Of a stretch of DNA of 64,000 nt, positions 36,827 through 49,773 are shown piece after piece. The notes below the pieces were generated by a model that worked only from the letters and a program-made list of their open reading frames with translations, was not told the DNA's origin and made no database searches. Numbering within the stretch: position 1 is the stretch's first letter; each line of letters begins with the position of its first letter. The DNA is taken from positions 11,348,001-11,412,000 of the forward strand of contig NC_045698.1 of NCBI RefSeq assembly GCF_009834535.1, read 5' to 3'. The position numbers and the translations under genes were made by a program. The DNA comes from Camelus ferus. Its lineage: Eukaryota.

Positions 36827-37630
36827 GGCTGTCCTAAATGCTTTCAAGGCAGTATCTTTGCTGTGGCATCTTTGCTGCATACATTTTTTTGCCATGTAAC
36901 TAATTGGCCATAAGGCAGTTTTGCCATAGAGGATGAACTAATGAGAAACACAAGAGGGACATTAAAAAGGACATAGTGAAGCAGGAGAAATAAATAACAA
37001 AATTTAAAAGACTCTATTGTGAAATATAAATTATTTGAATACATGTGAAATGTGTGTAGGTTCGTGGCACAAATAACTGATTTTGTTTTGTGGATTTTAC
37101 CCAAGCATTTGTCTTCCACATATTTCACTCGTTGTATTTTATACTTTCTTGTTTTTGCTTGTTAATTTGTCTCCTCACTTAGCATCATACTTTTTATTGG
37201 TTTCCAAACACTAGGATGCATGTTTGTAACTGAGCTTTATGAAAGCATTTGCACTGCTGTTTGTATCACATTGGTAGATGTTGCAAAGTTCCTTGGGAGA
37301 TGTGGGTTCAACTCTGCACCTTCAAGGCCCTTGGCCTCTTTCTTCTCCAACGTGGTGTTTCAAAGAAACCACTCTTGGGCAAAAAGTCATCATCTGTTGG
37401 CTCGGTAAAGCCATCATCAATAATGCTGCCAACTGGAAAAAGTGCTAACGCATTTTCAACCAGTTGAAACCAAACTGTCAAACCAAAAATTGTCAATCAC
37501 TTATTTTATTTTTCACAGCGAAATTGCCTTACAGCCAAGTAGTTATGTGGCAAAAGGTTTGCAGCAAAAATGCCTGCAGCAAACCTGGTCATGGCAGAAG
37601 CAACTTATGGTGAAAATTCCAGGCACAGTC
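36827..37630 (-). mobile_element. MULE/MuDR-type DNA transposon (internally deleted) with long TIRs and a transposase remnant
   Basis: Imperfect inverted termini of about 100-115 bp built from repeated TTTGC(C/T) motifs. Frameshifted minus-strand peptide ALALFPVGSIIDDGF..DDDFLP..FFET/HVGEERGQGP*RCRVEPTSPKELCNIYQ..TNSSANAF/..HPSVWK resembles the MULE transposase C-terminal motif series. Confidence 0.75.
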
Positions 37631-40309
37631 TTAAGCATGTCTGCACCTTCTCCATTGACCTATAATAGTCTTTTGATGTGTCTGTCTCCCTCACTGCTCA
37701 CTGAGACACTTGAGAATTGGACTATGTCTCATTATCAATCCTCTGCACAGGAGTCTTGTCTAACGGAGGCATTCTGTAAACGTTACGGTGTAAGTAACTC
37801 TCTGCAGAACTGGCTTACTGACACTGCCTTTATCTTGTCTCCATCATCACGGGGTGAAGGGACAAAGGTAAGGAACCTTCAGGAACTTACTCTTAAAAGT
37901 CTACTTTCAAGTCTCCACTTTCATTCTTACGTACACGTCCATGATTATTTTGAAATAGAATCATTCCCATTTTAAAGTTGGCTCTCTGTATAATATATTT
38001 GTTCTTTCCAAATAGAAAAAGGGATTAGTATTTTTCTATCAGCTTACACTGTCTTGTACTTAAGTTTTGTGTTTTCTCCACCTTCATCAAACCAAGTGAA
38101 TGGTAAGGAAGGAACTTGAAGTTTTCTATTTGTTAGACACTAAATGAGGAAATTCATTGTGCTGTAAGCACCCACTACATCCTACCGTGACGTGACGGAC
38201 AGGGCTATCTGAAAAGAGGACAGTTTTCCTCTCAGCAGCCTCGCTTTTCCCTCTTACACCAGTGATAAACAATTCCACTGTACAAATCCATAGTTCTCAT
38301 TCAAAAGAGTGTCTTGAATTATTGTGAAACAATTTAACACTTTTTGACTCTAAGGATAACATCACATAGCACATCACAGAACCAAAACTAAGACTGGGCT
38401 CAGACTTGCTAATGTGGCATTTGCGTCTGCTTCCAGGAATCACAGCCCCTCCAGTTTGCGGAGGGCTTGGATCTGTGGAGCTCTCCTTCTAAACCCCAGA
38501 ATCATGGTGGATGTTTAGCACATCAGTTGTGAATGTATAGAGCTACTCTAAGGATAAGGAAAAACTGGGACACCAAAATCAGCAAGCATATATATAAAGA
38601 AAAGTTTGCAGAAGGCTCCTTATAATTAAAAAAAAAAGGGAAGCAATTTCCTAGAGGCTCATTTTCGTTCCTTACTGCTTGCCATTGCTAATTCATTGTT
38701 ATTTTCAACATTATTCTATTAGTTATATGTATAATGATGAGACTCCAGCATTAGGCAGCACAAAAGGTAAATATTTGAAGACAAAAGCTGATGCCACTAA
38801 GGAAGCATACACACAGATTATATTTAAATACACTGTATGATTGTTCATAAAGTGACTATGTTTTAATCTAAGAAAGCAATAATGCATGTACTTACGGCAA
38901 GAAACCTTGTCACATTCATATGTGTTTCACTACTTTCTGTCCTGTTTGCCTCAAGAGTGATTGTCCTCTTTTGACCTCTTCAACTTCATAATAATAATAT
39001 CTAAAGACACACTAGGTCGCGTGGCTTTGGTTAACAAGTACACGGTTTACCCAATATCAGAACCAGAACTCTGGTGGTGGTTTTTGTTTTTCCACTGGTG
39101 TAGAGGGAATACCTGTATTTAAACTATTGTTATCCTTTCTTTATCCTTTCTTCATGTGCTTTAATACCCTTCTATTCTAAGGGTAGTGTGAACTCTAAAA
39201 GTAAGTACACATCAGTTGCTTAAAGAGGAACATTGTCACAGATTTGCTCATTCTTAATCCCCAGAATAGAAATATAGTGTAGAACTGCAGTGAAAAGCAA
39301 AGACCACCTACATTTAGAATTTTGAATGATAGCAAACTGTGCTCTTCTGAGATTGTGCACTCAGTCGTGACAGTACAGGTATGTTGAGTTTCTCCATTCG
39401 CGCTGAGCCAGGCAAGGGTCCACGCCACGCTGCATCCCTGCGCGCCGTAGTTACGGCCGTGCAAAAGGCGTCAACTGGGGGAATGTTGGTATGGGCTAAA
39501 TATAGAAATGTAAACATACATCAAAGCCCAGAAACGTGGACATTTTGATTCATTCGACCCCTATCTCGGGGCAGGCACGGCTCAATTTATCAAAAGAGCA
39601 GAGTCAAGATGCGTTGTTTAGGGAAATGCTCCCAGGTATTGATCCAAAATATTGGCATAATATTTAAGTCCGTTTGCCAAGATCATCAATCATTTTAACT
39701 CCATGACCACGCAGGCAGCAGGGCATAGGGCCGAGGCGGCTGCATGGGGAGCTATGGCCACGCTGCCTGCTGTCTTGCCACATGGCCTCTGGCATGCCAC
39801 TCACTCTGCTGCCAGCTGCCTCCTCATCGGGGAATGTGGGAAGGCTGCACTTCCAGGGACTGCCCAGCACTCTGTGTTGGAATTCTCTAAGAAATAATAC
39901 TGTCCTTATTTAGCTAATTATCACTATTTGAGCATGTATCTTTAACATATCCATCTGGAACCTTCAAAGTCGACCCAGTATAGGTATGATGAATGTTCAT
40001 GTCATGGGCAAGAGAATGCTCCAAAGAAGAAATTTGGCATCACCCAGACGCGATGCAGAAATCCCTCATTAATCCATACTGTACTCGTCTGTAGCTCTAT
40101 CATCTATACTTTTTGTTCTGAAATGTACACGTATCTTCGATGTGAAAGAATGTTAAGCAAATCAACAATAGCAAATCAACTTTTGAATCCTCCAGGTACC
40201 AAACGGTAATGTAACTTTTAAATTTGATGTGACACATTCAAAAGACTTCAAAACAAGTGGCTCTACATCAAAATAGTAAAAATCTCTAGTTTTGAAAATA
40301 TCCCACATC

Positions 40310-40595
40310 CGGATTGGAGGAGGCTAAGGAGTCATGACAAATAAATATACTGGGATCCTGGACTGGATCCTGGACAAGGAAAGAACATTAGTAGGGCAAT
40401 TGACGAAGTTTGAATAAAGGCTCGCAGGTTAGTGAATAACACTGTCTCAGTGTTGTTTTCCCGGTTTTGATCATCATACTATGGTCATATAATATGTTAA
40501 CATTTGGAGAAGGGCAGCAAAGGGTGTATGAGACCCAATGGTGCTATTTTTGCAACTGTTTTGGTAAACCTGAAATCATCTCAAAAGGAAGAGTT
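40310..40595 (+). mobile_element. Ancient L1 3'UTR (L1MC/MD-like)
   Basis: GGAGGCTAAGGAG.CATGACAA.TAAAT...GGATCCTGGA.TGGATCCTGGA...TTTGAATAA...TATTTTTGCAACT. Confidence 0.85.
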
Positions 40596-40804
40596 AAGAA
40601 TATTTCATGAATCAGATTTCTCACTGTCCTGTTCATCTTCAAATAAACCAGTTCAGAGAATTTTTACTATAGTATTGATCTCTGGTTGTAATTTAATAAT
40701 CCATATGGAATCACACTATTAAACCTGGATGGATTTATTCAGTTTTTTGATGAAGGAAGGAAAAAAGCAGCAGTTAACAATTAGTTAACTGAGTGTTAGT
40801 TTAT

Positions 40805-41290
40805 TGCCAACTTAGTTGCTTCCCAGCATTCCCTCACCTATTCTTTCTTGCCACCCAAACCCTGACTTTACTCAGGGCCACGTGTGCCCCGCCTGGGTGA
40901 CATATCAGCCTCGTCTCTGATCTCCCAATCTCCCTTGCAGCTGGGGTGGCCACGTGAGGCAGTTCTGGGCAATAAGATAAAATGAAAGGATGCAGGAAAT
41001 ACTTTGAGGAAAACTTTGCTTTCCTTACAAAAGGAACAAACACACCTGATTCCTCCCTTTCCTCCCCACTTTTGCCTATCTTGAATACAGCTATGATGTA
41101 TGGAATTCTGGCAGCCGATTTGTGACTGAAAGGCAGAGCCCAAGAAAACTACAGAGGTGTCAGTTTATCAAAGTGATAAACCAACCAGCAGCTACCCACC
41201 TCTAGACTTTCTGATAAGAGAAAAAAATGAACTCTTATTAAGTTAAGCCAATATTGTGGTTTTTGTTATTTGAAACTGAAAATGTTTAAT
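40805..41290 (+). mobile_element. MLT1 (MaLR) solo LTR, old subfamily (MLT1J/K-like)
   Basis: CTCCCTTGCAGCTGGGGTGGCCACGTGA...GTTCTGG.CAATAAGAT...CCTCTAGACTT...TTAAGCCA...TTGTTA. Confidence 0.75.
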
Positions 41291-41299
41291 TTATCCAAA

Positions 41300-41467
41300 G
41301 TTTTATGTGAATGATTTCATTTCATTCATATAAACATCCCTTTGATATGGGTATTATTATCATCCTACCCATTATACAGATTGGGAAACTGAAGCTTTTG
41401 GAGGTAATTGGAATCCAAGTGTGCCTGGCTCTAAGCCTCCTTCCTTTTCCACTACACCACACTGCCT
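41300..41467 (-). mobile_element. MIR SINE
   Basis: GGGTATTATTATCATCC..CCCATTATACAGATTGGGAAACTGAAGCT...TTTCCACTACACCACACTG. Confidence 0.75.
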
Positions 41468-42811
41468 CTACACAGTTATTTGTACACACTGTGTGGTGGT
41501 GAAAATTCTAGATTATGAAACTTGCCCAGAGATACCCAAGTAGTAGGGGTTATATCAAGACAAGACTTCAGATTTCCTTAAAGCCTGGCTTTCTATATAG
41601 CTCAGCAAAAGCAAGTAAGGCTTACAAAGGAATTTCCCCTTCTCTGATTCAGTTTTAACATCCCACACTCCTGTGGGACAGTAAGAACTAGCTGTCTTCC
41701 CTGTAATTTATAGTTAAGTCTTCTCTGCAACAAAAGCTGTGTTATTCGTCCAAAGTCACATCGAGGGTCATCTCTAGACCTGAGAGGGATACCGGCTTCT
41801 TGGCACCTTGTCTGCTCTAATGCATGACATTTGCTTTCACTTTTTAATCGCTGTGAGCTTTTCCCTAAACAGTACATCTTATTGATACTTTCACTCTTTA
41901 CTGTGCTGATAAATGTAGCCTCTCCTACCCTGAAATGGGGATCAAATGACTCCAAAGCAGTGGAGGAACACAGTTCTCAACATTTTTCATTGGACTTTAG
42001 TTCATTTTCTTTTTAACCAGAAAATTAATGTCCAGCACATCCTCCTGTGTATGTTACTTTATTGGGTACATACTTACTGCATCTGTGCTATGCTGAAGAT
42101 ATGTACAGGAAATCTGAGAGGTGACCATCAATACCGTGGTGTTCATACTGAAGTCTGGGAGGAGGGCAAATATCAGACCTGCTATAAATGGGAGAAGCTC
42201 TGACTGGGAGTTAGGAGATCTGGATAACAAGCCAGCTCTGCTTCTAAAAGGCTGATTTCTATAGTGATGTTAAGTCAGTACTGAGGATGGGTCTAGGGTC
42301 TTATTGTTGAAAAATATTTGCTGCCCCTCCCAGCCGGGCCCTTCTTGGCTCCAAAACCACAGTTATTTAGGTCAAGGGATGAACTAATTAAAAAAAGAAG
42401 TTCTCCATAAATGAACTAAAATTCTCATAAACTGATAAATTATGCATGAAAATTACAGGAGTAATATTAGCACACATACTCTGTACTCCTATTTTTCTAG
42501 CAGCTTCCACTTCCTCTTCTGTTCCACTTAATGGTGCAAGATAGTTAAACCTGAAGGAGGTGTTTTGTACACAGGTTTACATGTGGTAGCATCCTTCATA
42601 CTGCTGGAAGCTGAGCTGTAGAGTATTTGGTGTGTCAATGAGAAAGGGGGCTGGTGGCTTGTAAGGCTTCTGAATTGTCCTTCAACTTCAATGAAAATTA
42701 TGTTCCCTTGGCAAGGGAACAAACAAAGCCCTGTCTTTCCAGAGCATGGAAGACAAAGAAACTAAAGACGGCTAGTTAAACAAAAAAGCTTTACATACTC
42801 TCATCACTGAA

Positions 42812-43030
42812 AGGCATGATTGAAAAAGCATGGCTTTGGAGTCAGATATTTTAAAACTCGATCCCCTGCCTCAGCCACTCAAACTATGTCAACTTGGACC
42901 AGTTACTCAGACCTCTAAGTCTATTAAAATGAGAATAATACCCTCTTCATGATGTGATTGCATGAACTTTTAAAATATTGGCATAGACTATAGCACAGGG
43001 CCTAGCCAGACTCAGTAAATGGTTGGGATT
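42812..43030 (+). mobile_element. MIR SINE
   Basis: AAAAGCATGGCTTTGGAGTCAGA...GCCACT...AAAATGAGAATAATA...AGCACAGGGCCT...CTCAGTAAATG. Confidence 0.75.
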
Positions 43031-43692
43031 AGTGGAAGAAAGAGCAAGTTCCCACCAGTCTTCTGTTCACCACTCCCTTCCCACCCAGAATAGCCTTCGT
43101 TACTCCTCTTCTTATTTCCACATTGGTTCTTTCCACCTCTGACTTGACATGTAGTCTTTTAGCACCTCTTCAATTCTCTGAAGACCTCAGTAGTGACTAG
43201 GAGCTATGAAAACTGTGTGATCCTCTTTTTCCAAAGTCTGAAATACCTAACATAAGCAGAATAGAAAGGCCAGATTAATGAAGAATGTTTATATATTTGC
43301 ACTGCACTCACTTAGCCCCACCCAACTTTATTGAATTGGGCCTCAATTTAAATATTTTACTTTAAGCACATTTTTCCCCCAAACGTTGGAGAATTTTTAA
43401 ATAATGAAAGAAATTGCCCGTGGTCTAGAGTGCAGTGTGCTGAGTTCCATCCTGATTGCCAGTGCTTATTATACAGCAGAGTGGGGGCAGAAAATGAAGC
43501 GTGTGGTTTATAAGATTCTCTAAACTCTACTCTACTTGGAAAAAGGGAGTGAGTAAAGGAGGCGCATAGTTAGTGGATGTCACAGTCATTTTAAGGAAAT
43601 GGACAGAAGAAAGCCCTACCATTCATTCAAATATTCCCATGTTGCTTGATTCCCTTTCTTCCCCTTTGCACGTGGGTCCTTCTTGTGTATTT

Positions 43693-44118
43693 TGTATTAG
43701 GTTTTCATTGCTGCTGTAGCAAATTACTGCAAGCATAATGGCTTTGAGACATGCAGGCTTACTGTCTTCCAGATCTGGAGGTCAGAAGTCTAACTCAAGA
43801 TGCTGGCAGGATTGCGTTCCTCCTGAGGCTTGGAGGGGAGACTCTGTTTCCTTGATTATTTTTTCAACTTCTAGATACCACCTGCATTCCTTGACTTATG
43901 GCCCCTTCCTTAATCTCTCATCACGTCTCCTGCCACTAACTCTGACCCCCTTGCTTCCCTCTTACAAGGACTGCTGTGGTTTTACTGAGCCCACCCAGAT
44001 AACCCAGGATAGCATCCTCATCTCAGTATCCGCAATTTAATCTGCACGTTTCATTGACCATTTTCTAGGGATTAGGACATGGGGACTTCTCTATGGAGAC
44101 CGTTATTCATCACACCAC
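43693..44118 (-). mobile_element. MLT1 (MaLR) solo LTR, MLT1B/D-like
   Basis: TGTATTAG.TTTTCATTGCTGCTGTA.CAAATTAC...TCTGGAGGTCAGAAGTC...GCCCACCCAGATAACCCAGGATA...GGGATTAGGACATGG. Confidence 0.88.
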
Positions 44119-46011
44119 TTATTCTGACCTAGAAGTGGTTTTTTATTCAGATTTTAGTGTTCTCCTGTGAGTTTCTCTTTCCCAGTTCATCTGGCTGTGG
44201 TCCGGGACTTAAGCATATGTTCTCACCTTTGTAAATTTGACCCCTGAGCTTGGCATGCCCCCACCATAATGCAAGTCCAGATTTCTGTGTTCTGATGTTT
44301 TGCCAGCTTTTTCTAGCAGGATGGCACTTTAATCAAACTGTGTTAACCTGGTCATGGTAGGAATTTTGACAGCCTAAAAATTGAAAACATAGAAATTTAA
44401 CAGTAAGCCCTGAGCAAGTAACATGAGCAACAGTTTTTCCTTGCCTTCTCTGATCCTGGTTATTGAGTTTGGAGGTGGTGGCAGGTGACTCTATGGTTGT
44501 TGTCCATGGTCCTGAACCACCCTCCGGCTAAGGCTCAGTTCTTTCTCTTGACCTCTGGGACATGAGGGACTCCTGTCCAGTTTCTCTATTTCTCCAAGAA
44601 ATTCTGAATTGGTGAGGAAAGAAGTAGTTAAGGTTATGGAGGGAGCTTAGAGAGAGACTATTAACATGGACAGATGCTGTTGGACATGCAGACCCCTTGA
44701 CAGGTTGCCAAGTGGAAAATCAGAGAAGCGTTTTCTGAGATAGTTTTCAAATAATTGCAACTACAGAAAAGATAACACAGTTAACCATTACATAAAAATC
44801 GAATAACTAAAGAGAAATAGGACAGTTGTGCATAGAACAATGTAAAGGGTGTACACGTCAACCTTTGGCAAAAAAAAGATGGTAAAAATGTAGTAATTAT
44901 TAGTTGAATTGCACAAAAATGTTTTTTAAAATATTTTGTTTGTAATTCAATGGAAAATACTTCCTTGTGTAATTTATAAAGTGTATTTCTTGTATCATGT
45001 GCTTTGACAGCTCCAGCATTTTTCTGAAATGTACTCTGCATCTCTCCCACTCATTATCACACACCATGGTGGTGAATGTGCCATTCCATGAATTCCTCCC
45101 CCTCCTCACCCCTACCCCATCAAACACAAGCTATATTTTTGATCCTTTACCTTATCTGTGATATTCATTTATGCATTGGCTCCTCATCTTTCAAACCTCC
45201 ATTCTTTAAGGATGGGATGGATTGGGAATCAGGAATAGATTTTGGGTGCTGATTGTCTGTGAGTCATGTTATTCTGTAGGGAACTCTATGGATTTCACAT
45301 AAGCAGTGCTCACACATTTGTTTCAGCTAATTCAGAACTTCAGCAAGATGCAGACTGGAAATTGGGCCAGGCATGTCTGTTGCACACACTTTTTGATAAT
45401 TAAGAACAACAATAGCAGTCTTAAATATGGTGATAAAGCTAAAGCAGCCGCATTGCAATTGTGTTATCAAAACATCCTTTTTGTTCTTCCACACTCCATT
45501 CATCATCGATGTTTACTTGGACATACCAGAGATTCTCGACAGACAGGTACAACAATACTCTCATTATGTAACTTTCCACCTGAAACTGCTTGGTTTTTAA
45601 CTTAGTAAAGCTTAAAACAGATTTCTGTTTTTATCATTTCTCAGGATTTAAAGTAGACACCTACAACATATTTTGAGTTTCCTTAATGCAAAACGTGAGC
45701 CACTGGTTTTTGTCCTTTTATTTAATGATATTAAGAAGAAGGAGAAGGAGAAGGAGAACAGGGGTGATAAATGAATAAATAAATCTAATTCCAGAACCCT
45801 TTGTTACATGAAACGTTACAGGAAGCAGCCGGGGTAGATACCTGCCAACACTTGGGTTAATAAGTTTTGAGTGTACTACTCAAAATTAGCATCATACAGA
45901 AAAGTGTAGTAGGTTTTATCCTAATTGCTGTTACCCCTCAAGTCCCCTTTTGCTTAGGGCACACCCCATTTTATAGCTAGTTAATAAAGAAGACTATGGT
46001 TGAAAATTCGT

Positions 46012-46025
46012 GTTGCCATGGAAAC
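46012..46025. promoter_or_regulatory. RFX X-box (GTTGCCATGGAAAC)
   Basis: 14-bp match to the RFX consensus GTTRCCATGGNAAC in unique sequence. CCAAT follows at 46028-46032 and a half-site TTGGCAAC is at about 46100. Confidence 0.55.
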
Positions 46026-46699
46026 AACCAATTAGAAGGGCAAGCTGAAGAAGAAGACAGCTTCCAAAACTCTCAGGAGAAACAAAAATGATCTGGGTTG
46101 GCAACCTACAAGAAACATCGCCTGCTAAAAGCTTTTGCCAGCTTCCCCTAGCGTTGGCCTGCGAGTTTATATCTGAACAAACATCTTGCACCCATTTGCT
46201 AAGTGCAGCATCTGTAATGCATTCTCAAAGGATAATTGTGTCTGGGGCTCAACATATGTGATGGTGAGGCAGGAAAAAATTCTCACATTTTTTTGGTATA
46301 ATTTCCCTCATATGTTTCTTATAACTTCATGGCACCATCAGCACAAGAGAAAGAAAAGAACTATAAGTGGGGTAGCTCTTTTCTAAGTTCAGGAGTGTAT
46401 TCATAAGTTCTATTTTAAATACTCCTATTTTATATATAACATTATACAGTGTTATGTATAATGCTGAAATTTATGAAGATGATCATTATAGGACTTAAAT
46501 AAAATATGTAAACCACCAATTTGGAAGTTTGGTGTTTAACCCTTGTGTGCCTACGGCACTCTATTTACACATGTATCTTAATTTCTGCTTCCTAATCTCT
46601 CTGTATATTATTGTGCTGTGTTCTCCGGAAGCTCAGTATGCAAATGTAACACATTTCCCAAAATAGAGGATTCAGCTGAAGATAATTCACATTAAAATA

Positions 46700-46900
46700 T
46701 AGTTCACAGACATTATTTCCTTCATTCTATTAACAACCTAGTGAGGGAGGAAGTTTTTGTTTGCATTTTGCATATAAAGAAACAAACATAAAAGTTCTCA
46801 GGGACTTGCTTAAAGTCACACTTAGCAGTGAGTAGTGGACCAAGGGGCAAATGTCAACCTTGTACCTCAAGACCTGGCATCATTTTCCCTTTACAGTGTG
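46700..46900 (-). mobile_element. MIR SINE (degraded)
   Basis: TAACAACCTAGTGAGG...ATTTTGCATATAAAGAAAC...GACTTGCTTAAAGTCACAC. Confidence 0.65.
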
Positions 46901-49684
46901 GCTCCCCTGCTAACGTAAAATTAAATGTACCTGGGCGTCAACCTTGAGTATATAAAATAATGTAGTTCTTGAATCTTCCCTCCAAAAACTGTTTATATTT
47001 GAGACTCATCAATTAGTCATATACAGATAAAATATTTCCTATAGTCTTCCTGTCTTTTTCTTATTTGTAGTTAAATAATCGGAAGGCAGAAGAGCCCGAT
47101 TTACAATGATGGGAGTCACATTCAGTTAGCTTGAAATGGTCAGCAGTGCTGTGTTCAAAGCTTCTTTGTTAGGAGATTGTCAGACTTAACCACAATACAC
47201 AGGGCACAGTTCTGAAGAGTGGAAAAGAAGTGGAGTAAGAATTTAAATGCTTGGTACATAGAATGTTTGGCTCCAAGGAGACATATGAGAATTTCCCTTT
47301 TAAGGAAATGGGCTACATATAGTGTACAAACCTCTATTCTGGTTAAAACAAAAAAAAAGTGAATTTCAAGGTTGAATAATTTTATTCTTATATCAGCATT
47401 GTGTTCAACTGTGTAAGAAGTACCATTATTACACTTATTCTTGAACAACAGTAGCTACCTTCTCTATGGCCATGTTGGAGAAATGTGGGTCACACAGCTC
47501 ACTCCCCTACATGCACACCAGCAACTAACCAAACAAAATTAACTTGCATAAAAATATTCTGACTATAATTTTATCCAAGATTAGTCAAAATTGCAAATGC
47601 AGTCAACATATAACTTAAATATTTTCCCAGATTTTATCCCTAACTAATATGAAATCTTGGTATAAAGTAAATTTATGAGTATCTAAGATGCTTAGCAAAT
47701 TTAGTTATCCTTTCTTAACAATAAGGGGTTATTATATAACTTTCACACCACTGTAATATATTTTAGGTCATTCAAAAGATATTTCTGGTTAAAGTTCTGT
47801 TGCATTTTTACCCCCTTCACATAACCACCCTTCTCTTCAAACCTCCAACTCAGTTCCTGTACCAAGAGGTAACTCCATGTCTTACTTTACTGAGAAAATA
47901 GACTCCACCCTTTCTGTCTCAACTACCCTGCTTTGCAACACCTCTCTGTATTTTCGCCTTTCTTTTTCTTCAATTTTCAGTACTTCTCAGCCCTGGATGC
48001 ACATTAAAATCCCCTGGAGGGCCTTTCTGTATACCCAGTCTAGACTGACTAGTTAAGAATCTGGGCTGAGAGCCACTAACCTAATCTCTTCTCCTGAGAA
48101 GCAACCTCTTCTTTGTTAAAACCAGGTCTTCATCAGTGGTGCCTTCTCAGGGGCACTGCTTCCTGAATCACCTCTCTTTCTCACTTTTATCATTCCTCTC
48201 TTCCAGTGGTTCATTTTTCTCATCCTGCCAAGCATCTCAGTTCTTTACATCCCTCCTTTGAGTTGTAGTTAGTAGTGGACCCGAACCTCCATCTGCTTCC
48301 ATAGAATGTATGCCCAGATGCAGGCGTGCTGGTCAGCAATCTTAACACAGTTGAAATGGCTTCAGAAAGCCATACTTCCAAAGCTGGATTTTAGCCAGAA
48401 ATACAAGTTGATCGTGCCTTAAGTTACAAACGAAGGGATGAACTCACTGAGGACGATGTCTTAATAATCACAGAGCCCCTCTTCTCAAGCTCCAAAGCAC
48501 GTTGCTGCCAACTCAGCATAGGTGATAGCAGTTCACTGCGAGAGATTACTTTCAATGGACTTCCTGTGTTTCTCTGAGTGAGGAGGTAAAATCTTTACTT
48601 ATTCAGAACTGTCAATGCAGTTGACAGCGTATACACAGATGATGGGACGTGTTACTGCGTGTAGAGAAGAGGGGAAATGCCAGGCCATCAAAAATGCAAA
48701 AGAGTGGTTTGGAAACAATTATTCTTGTCCGTCACGATGAGTGCCTTTGTAGAAACTGTGGTTTCTAATTGTTGGTTTTTCTGCCATTCTGAGTTCTAAA
48801 GAATATTATCCATGGCCCATTTAAAAAGTCCTTTATATCACTTAGGTAAAATTTTACGTGGATTAAAATGATTTTGAGTATTTTAATCATAATTCACACA
48901 AAATTAATTTGAGTACATATTTTTTGAGCATTTTAAAGTCTTTTAGATACAGTCAGCAAATTAATAGCAATATAATAAACTTAAAAACAATAGCCATCTG
49001 CATGGCCTTTTCCAAAAGTGCTGAAGATTTCATTTATAACTTTTGCCCAGCAATCATCATGAAGAAACCTACTTACACTGTAGCAGAACTCAATAATCAT
49101 TTTCTTATTTCAAAAAGCAATTTTATTTTAAAGACAGAACCACTTATTCTTGGAATATTTGCTGCTTCAGATTTCTGAAATTTCCATTTATTGGTCTTCT
49201 TTCCCTAAACCTAATCATCCCTGCCTCATTCCAGATGTCCTACTTGTGTTCATCAAAAATATATTTGAAAACTAATTGCCACAGCATGTGAGTATTGAAT
49301 AAAATGAATGATTTCTCTTTGGCCAGTCATCTTTTGGAACGTGAGGGGCAAGGGAGGTCTGCATCTGCCGAGGAGGTTGGGGGAGGGTAACTGGGGGAGT
49401 CTCTGCTCCTGTGTCTGTATTTTTTTTTTGAAAATAAATCAAATTATGGTTGATTTCACTAAATAACTAGCCGAATTAATCATTAATATTCAGTGTATAA
49501 TCACTCATCCAAAGTAAAAAAAGTAAAGGTTAGCTACGGTAACCTGTTTGCATTTACTGAACTGAAGGAAGCCATATTTGTGTTACTGGAAGGAACCTTA
49601 TATAGAATCCAGGGGTGGAGGGAAATATGTAAAGATAAATATAAAATATGTTTCTATTTTAAATTTTTTTATTTTTATATTTCA

Positions 49685-49773
49685 TTATATATATATATAT
49701 GTGTGTGTGTGTGTATATATATATACACATTAACATATATATATACACATATATATGTATATATATATACACA
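49685..49773. repeat. Compound (TA)/(TG)/(CA) microsatellite
   Basis: Read directly. Confidence 0.95.

Noticed and set aside
37442..37975. 177-aa plus-strand ORF
   Set aside because: It spans a transposon TIR and an L2 remnant and has no coding signature.
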